This document shows positions 34,233 to 38,998 of a stretch of 38,998 nucleotides of DNA, one piece after another. The notes under the pieces are model-generated. The model saw only the letters and a program-made list of their open reading frames with translations. It was not told where the DNA came from and searched no databases. This stretch comes from Bdellovibrionales bacterium. GTDB lineage: Bacteria; Bdellovibrionota; Bdellovibrionia; Bdellovibrionales; JAGQZY01. Location: positions 1 to 38,998 of the forward strand of contig JANPLN010000063.1 of NCBI GenBank assembly GCA_031426555.1, written 5' to 3'. The first letter of the stretch is position 1; every line of letters starts with the position of its first letter. Made by a program: the position numbers and the translations under genes.

Positions 34233-34387
34233 ATAATCTCCTAATAGGTTCATTTACTCAGGAGAAATATGGAGGGTCAACTGACATTCATGTAAAGTTT
34301 TTAGACTGCGGGTTCCTCACTGGAGAATCCGCGCAAATTAGGGCTATAGTACGTTTAGACTTCAACGGGGATCAGATCGGGGTTAAT

Positions 34388-34960
34388 GTGAACAAGAATC
34401 GTCTTTTATTTGCAGTTCTATTATATATTCTTTCGCCAGCTTTCAGCTTTGCCCAAAGTATAAACTTGGCGGCAGTCAAACCGGCCCAACCGACCATGGA
34501 TTTGATGCCTTACATCGAATTCGCGTTGGAGTGGACTGGCTACTCCTATAACGGTGAACCTTTACCAAAAGTAAAGATCGAAAAACACGCGCTTGTACAA
34601 GTTTTTGCCTACGGCGATTTGGAATACGCGCAGGCTGAGTACCGGGGAATCACTCTACCCAACGTAAATGCTGTTTATATGGTGGATAGCAAAACGATCT
34701 TAATTTCGGACCGAATCGATCTTAACAATCCAATAAATCAACCCACATTAGTTCACGAAATTGTACACTATCTGCAAGATATTAATGGCTACACTCAGTC
34801 GCTTGGTGAGTTTTTGGTGTGCACCGAAAGCGAAGCCTACGATGTACAGATGCTGTGGCAAAAAATCAAAAAAATCGATGAAGAATCCATCCCTCTCGTT
34901 TACCAGCAGTCTCTCCTTTCTGCCACACGCTGCATGGGCAGCAAGTACAGCGCGTTTTAA
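34388..34960 (+). CDS. Secreted HEXXH-motif protein (putative zincin)
   Basis: Signal peptide ending SFA|Q, LVHEIVHYLQ, downstream CTESEAY. Confidence 0.75.
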   Translation: MNKNRLLFAVLLYILSPAFSFAQSINLAAVKPAQPTMDLMPYIEFALEWTGYSYNGEPLPKVKIEKHALVQVFAYGDLEYAQAEYRGITLPNVNAVYMVDSKTILISDRIDLNNPINQPTLVHEIVHYLQDINGYTQSLGEFLVCTESEAYDVQMLWQKIKKIDEESIPLVYQQSLLSATRCMGSKYSAF

Positions 34961-35037
34961 AACATCGATTCATCTTTTTAAGCTTTCTCCACAGGCTTTT
35001 TAGTTGAGAGTCCGGCAATATCACAGTAAAACGGACC

Positions 35038-36789
35038 ATGATGCGAAAGTGCGGAGAATCAGCTGTTTTACGAATCTTAAGCGTCCTGTTTTTAACGTCC
35101 TGCGCGCACCATACTCAAAAGATTTGCGACAACATCGTGATGCGTGAGGGAAGCCTTTCGCTGAGTAGTAACGAAAAAGTTCTGGTGTGCGGGTCTGACA
35201 AGGGCCGCGCGGGCTGGAACGAAATTCCCATTCCACAAGCGCAACATCAACTCTCTGTTTATCTCAGTAACGAAGGTTACCTTTCTCCGCGCTTTGAGCG
35301 CGAGCAAAATCAGCTGCTCGTTTGGTCGGGCCCTCGCTCGGAGATTTCGGCCCTCGAAGTCACTGGTGCTGACGGTCTGCTAGATGCCAATAAAAAACGA
35401 AAAATTGTGGGCGAGCCGTTGGTTCCTGCACGCCTCGACGAAGTTCAACAGTGGGCCGAAACCGAGCTTCGCAATGGTGGCTACGCCTGTCCACAGGTTG
35501 CTGTGCAGGGGCAAGCTTGGGACAACAAACTCATTGCGAAAATTGAAAAGGGCCCACAGCAAACCGTGGGTGGGATTACGCGCTTGGGTCTTGATGGAAT
35601 CGATCAGTCCTATCTTTCCCGCTACGAAGCCTTTGAGAGTGGTGATGTGTATGATGTGAGCGAAACGCAACTCACGGTTTCGCGCATGCTCGCCGATGGT
35701 TTTATTCAAAGTGCAAATTTTGTCGCCGCCTGCCGTGGAGACAAAGCCGATCTCACCTTGCGTGCAAGCATTGGCCCTCCAAAAGTTTTTCGTTTCGAGG
35801 TGGGCGCCTCCACCGAGGAATTCCCTTTTGCCAGCGTCACATTTCGCAATGCACGAGTTGACGATCGTGCGTCGTCGTTCACCGCCACACTTTACACATC
35901 GCCGCGCACGCAAAGCATCACCGGGAGTTCGCAACTGTATTGGTTGCCGTGGACAAAAAGAGCCTTCTTTGGCCCGCGCGCACGTCTCGCGCGGGTGTCA
36001 GAAAAAACTTTTGAATATTTAGAAGCCAAAGCCGGTGCCGACATCGGTCGGTTTTGGGATATGTGGGATGTGCGCTTTATCGGCCGCGTTGGTCCCACCA
36101 TCAACTACACCGAAACCAAAGTGGGGATTGGACCCGAAAATATTTCGTACTTATCCTGGGAAGGGTCCCTCGAGGCTATGAATCACACCTACGAAAGCAA
36201 TTTACGTAATCAGTACGAAGGCTGGGCAGGAAGTTTTCGCTATCGTGGGCAGAAAAAAGGTTTGGGGTCGGAAATCGATGTCAATCGCTACGATGCCACC
36301 TACAAAACCTTGTGGAATATCGCCAGCTATTTTCCTCCGCTTTTGGTGCTTGGCTTTCGTTTGGAGCTCAATGCGGTGGATGCCGATCAGGCGTTTCCAG
36401 GGCAAAACAACCGAGAGCTTGTGCCCATTGACTACCGCGTGTTCTACGGCGGCGCCGAAAATCTGCGCGGTTTTTCGCGAAAAAGTATTACCAATGGCAA
36501 TGTGGGTTTTTTAACTGCTGCCTATGCAGGGTTTGAGCTGCGCTTGATCGAACAAGCGCCTTACAATATTCAACCGTTGCTGCTCTTGGATCTGGCGCGC
36601 TTGGGCAATGAGCGAATGGTTCTCGACGACCCTCTGTTTACTTCCTTGGGAGCTGGTGTTCGCTGGGCTTCGCCCTTTGGAACACTTCGTGGCTCGGCCG
36701 CTCGCGGAAAAATCTATCAAGAAAACCTGAGTGCGGCTGGCTACGCCCAAGAGTGGGTTTATTTTGTTAGCTTTGGGCAGGAGTTTTAA
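35038..36789 (+). CDS. tamA: Omp85/TamA-family outer membrane protein
   Basis: POTRA-like N-terminus (EGY, GYACP), GGAENLRGF loop-6 motif, GAGVRWASPFG, terminal FVSFGQEF. Coupled to a TamB-like gene. Confidence 0.85.
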   Translation: MMRKCGESAVLRILSVLFLTSCAHHTQKICDNIVMREGSLSLSSNEKVLVCGSDKGRAGWNEIPIPQAQHQLSVYLSNEGYLSPRFEREQNQLLVWSGPRSEISALEVTGADGLLDANKKRKIVGEPLVPARLDEVQQWAETELRNGGYACPQVAVQGQAWDNKLIAKIEKGPQQTVGGITRLGLDGIDQSYLSRYEAFESGDVYDVSETQLTVSRMLADGFIQSANFVAACRGDKADLTLRASIGPPKVFRFEVGASTEEFPFASVTFRNARVDDRASSFTATLYTSPRTQSITGSSQLYWLPWTKRAFFGPRARLARVSEKTFEYLEAKAGADIGRFWDMWDVRFIGRVGPTINYTETKVGIGPENISYLSWEGSLEAMNHTYESNLRNQYEGWAGSFRYRGQKKGLGSEIDVNRYDATYKTLWNIASYFPPLLVLGFRLELNAVDADQAFPGQNNRELVPIDYRVFYGGAENLRGFSRKSITNGNVGFLTAAYAGFELRLIEQAPYNIQPLLLLDLARLGNERMVLDDPLFTSLGAGVRWASPFGTLRGSAARGKIYQENLSAAGYAQEWVYFVSFGQEF

Positions 36790-38998
36790 TGGTGAAGGTT
36801 TTAAAAACTCTTGCGTTGGTTTTAGCCTCTCTTATTTTAATCATCTTTCTTTTTACCGTGGGCTCTACTTACTGGATTTTAAACTACCCGCAATCGGCGT
36901 GGAATTTTGCCAGTCGCTATCTTTTACCTGATGATTTAAAAATCACCTGGGACACCATGGACTTTGAGTGGCAAAAAAAATCCTGGACCGAATGGGATTT
37001 TGAATGGTCCACAAAGAATCTTGTGGTGTTAAAAACCGAGCCGCAGGTGGATTTAGGCGTCGTTAAGGCCGAGGCCAAATTCGGTCTTAACTTTTGGAGT
37101 GACAAACCCACCTTCCAATTTGACCGATTTGTTTTACAAACTCGAGAAAAATCTTTTTATCAGGTTGCTGCTGCAAAAAAATCTTCGCCCGAACAAAGTA
37201 TTTATCAAACCGCAAACGATACTTTGGGTTATTTGTCCCAGTCTAACCAGTTTTTGATTTTTAATTCCGTGGATTTGCAAATTGCCAATTTTCAGGTGCG
37301 ATTGCCCAGTGAACAAATTTGGACCATTACCGGGACTGTTTTAAAAAAACCCTCTGTTGCTAACAACCAGGCCATGCAGATTTATCTTTCGGTGGCTTCG
37401 AAAGATCTCACTGCCGAGGCAAAAGGGGAGCTCAATGGAAATATGCTGGGGAGTGATCAGTCGTTTCTAGCAATGGAAGTCAGTATCAAGGCCCCTGCGT
37501 GGTCGTTTCAGGGCGCTTTGCTGGGAGTGTTTCAAGACAAAATTCTCAAAGTGCAGAGCCAACCCAAGATCGAGCTGGGTGATTCCAAAAAACCTTTGAT
37601 CATCAACCCGCAACTGCAACTGACAGTTTCCGAAAAAGCCTTGGAATTAAAATCGCAAGTGGCCGTCACCGGCTTGCCTGGCCCCATCGTGAACTTACAA
37701 AAAATCGTCGCTTCGCTGCAGGTGCCCTTAGTGAATGATACGATGTGGGGAGAAGAACCAGCCATAGTGCAAATGGACATTCCCGTGGATTTATTTTTGA
37801 TCGATAAAAACATGCGTGCTCCTCTCGAGACGGCCTGCCGCTGCAAACTCCCCGAAGAATTCCACGCCACCATCCATGGAAGAGCCTGGCTTAAAAAATA
37901 TTTTTCCGAAAGTAAAAGTCGTGAAAAAATCGTCGAAGCAAAATTAAAATTCAGAAGTGTCGATAACAAATTGTTTTCTGCCGATTTAGCGGCTGACGTC
38001 GATGCCTTTCGCGAAAACAACAACTGGCAGTTTGATCCGCGCTTAGACGGCGACATCACGATCCACAGCTTTCAGGGACTACGTCGCTACCTCGACGCCA
38101 AGGGTGTTATCGTTCCTGCGCCTTTGGATATTTTGGAAGGCACCATTCGCCTCACCGCTAAAAGCCCGGTGGCGCAAAAAGAAAATCATTTACACACAGC
38201 GATTCAGGTGGCCGTCAATTTAAAATCACCCACCCAAGTAGTAGGTGCAGATGCGACCATCAATTTACAACTCGCAAATACATTTAAATCTTTAGATATT
38301 GATTTGGACGTGATGATTCGCACCCTTCAACTCGATCTGCCACCGCTTGATCCGGTGTTGGGAATACCAGCGCTCTCCGCGGACAGTCGCATCCTGCGCG
38401 TGGCCCCTGTGACCGTAAAGCCCACGTTTCAAGTGCGTGTGGTTTCGCGACTGCGCACCGAAAAAGCGGGGGCTGTTCAACTCTCGTCCAAGTTTGCAAA
38501 GCCGAATATCCCAATCTCGCTTCTCGTGAATTCCGCGGGAACGGAGTCCACTGGTTTTGTGCGCTTTGAACCTTTTACGGTCAACTATCTACGGCGCAAA
38601 ATTTTTGTCGAAAAAATAAATATCTCTCTTGCTAAAAACGAGGAGGAAGATTTACCCATGGACGGTCGCTTTCGAATCGAACAAGGAGGCTATAAGATTT
38701 TTATTGGCCTGTCTGGCACTGTGCAGTCGCCCATAGTTCTATTTACCAGCGAGCCTACACTGAGCAAAAACGATATCATCTCCGTTCTTATTTACGGTCG
38801 CGTCGCAAGCCAGCTTGTGGCCAACGAGGCCGAAACCGCCGGAAACGTGAACGCGGCCGTGACCGATCGAGCCGTGGGTTTGTTCGGTTTATGGGCGTTT
38901 GCTTCGACGCCCATTCAAAGTTTTTCATACAATTCCACAACAAAGGTATATACTGCCACCGTCGATTTAGGAAACGGGGTGACCGCTGGTGTTGGCAC
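36789..38998 (+). CDS. tamB: TamB/AsmA-like protein (partial, runs off the right edge)
   Basis: ATG overlaps the tamA stop (TAATG). N-terminal TM MVKVLKTLALVLASLILIIFLF. The same frame near the end reads LSGTVQSPIVLFTSEPTLSKNDIISVLIYGR, which is DUF490-like. Confidence 0.82.
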   Translation, partial: MVKVLKTLALVLASLILIIFLFTVGSTYWILNYPQSAWNFASRYLLPDDLKITWDTMDFEWQKKSWTEWDFEWSTKNLVVLKTEPQVDLGVVKAEAKFGLNFWSDKPTFQFDRFVLQTREKSFYQVAAAKKSSPEQSIYQTANDTLGYLSQSNQFLIFNSVDLQIANFQVRLPSEQIWTITGTVLKKPSVANNQAMQIYLSVASKDLTAEAKGELNGNMLGSDQSFLAMEVSIKAPAWSFQGALLGVFQDKILKVQSQPKIELGDSKKPLIINPQLQLTVSEKALELKSQVAVTGLPGPIVNLQKIVASLQVPLVNDTMWGEEPAIVQMDIPVDLFLIDKNMRAPLETACRCKLPEEFHATIHGRAWLKKYFSESKSREKIVEAKLKFRSVDNKLFSADLAADVDAFRENNNWQFDPRLDGDITIHSFQGLRRYLDAKGVIVPAPLDILEGTIRLTAKSPVAQKENHLHTAIQVAVNLKSPTQVVGADATINLQLANTFKSLDIDLDVMIRTLQLDLPPLDPVLGIPALSADSRILRVAPVTVKPTFQVRVVSRLRTEKAGAVQLSSKFAKPNIPISLLVNSAGTESTGFVRFEPFTVNYLRRKIFVEKINISLAKNEEEDLPMDGRFRIEQGGYKIFIGLSGTVQSPIVLFTSEPTLSKNDIISVLIYGRVASQLVANEAETAGNVNAAVTDRAVGLFGLWAFASTPIQSFSYNSTTKVYTATVDLGNGVTAGVG

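Noticed and set aside
34308..34332. Hairpin gcgggttcctcactggagaatccgc resembling the 102-163 repeats
   Set aside because: The similarity is short and the arm spacing differs, so it cannot be told from chance.

Overview
A 39-kb, gene-dense bacterial chromosomal window, probably from a Bdellovibrionota-type organism. This is inferred from an FQNC lipobox, many secreted orphan proteins and the overall gene content; no marker gene is present. I found no rRNA, tRNA, CRISPR array, prophage, integrase or IS. The left end has a compact minus-strand unit missed by the ORF track: a sigma70-like promoter, a very strong extended Shine-Dalgarno, a 16-codon ORF, two 31-nt palindromic tandem repeats and an intrinsic terminator. 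Three AT-rich secreted orphan genes follow. The rest is housekeeping and envelope genes: an RlmM-like methyltransferase, a ChaN-like protein, a PBP transpeptidase, DUF1993, a nitroreductase, an orphan OM beta-barrel, an unannotated 45-aa FQNC lipoprotein, a MATE-ydbH-ynbE-ydbL cluster, UPF0489-hrpB, a NINE/thermonuclease/DoxX/lipocalin/hydrolase run, a secreted polysaccharide-deacetylase-like protein, a histone-like basic protein, thioredoxin, GNAT/LysR/NmrA/DoxX, an acetyl-CoA hydrolase, YbhB, an alcohol dehydrogenase, a thioesterase, YkvA, a short RpsA-like S1 protein, a GreA/B-like protein, a NodIJ-like ABC transporter (with a Walker B Asp-to-Val change), NmrA, an M14 peptidase, an HEXXH protein and tamA-tamB (tamB runs off the end). 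The best leads are the sRNA/micro-ORF unit, the MATE coupled to an AsmA-like lipid bridge, the hidden lipoprotein, apparently widespread leaderless genes and a recurrent intergenic GTCTCAnnnTGAGAC-like motif. All calls come from reading motifs by eye; no searches were run.
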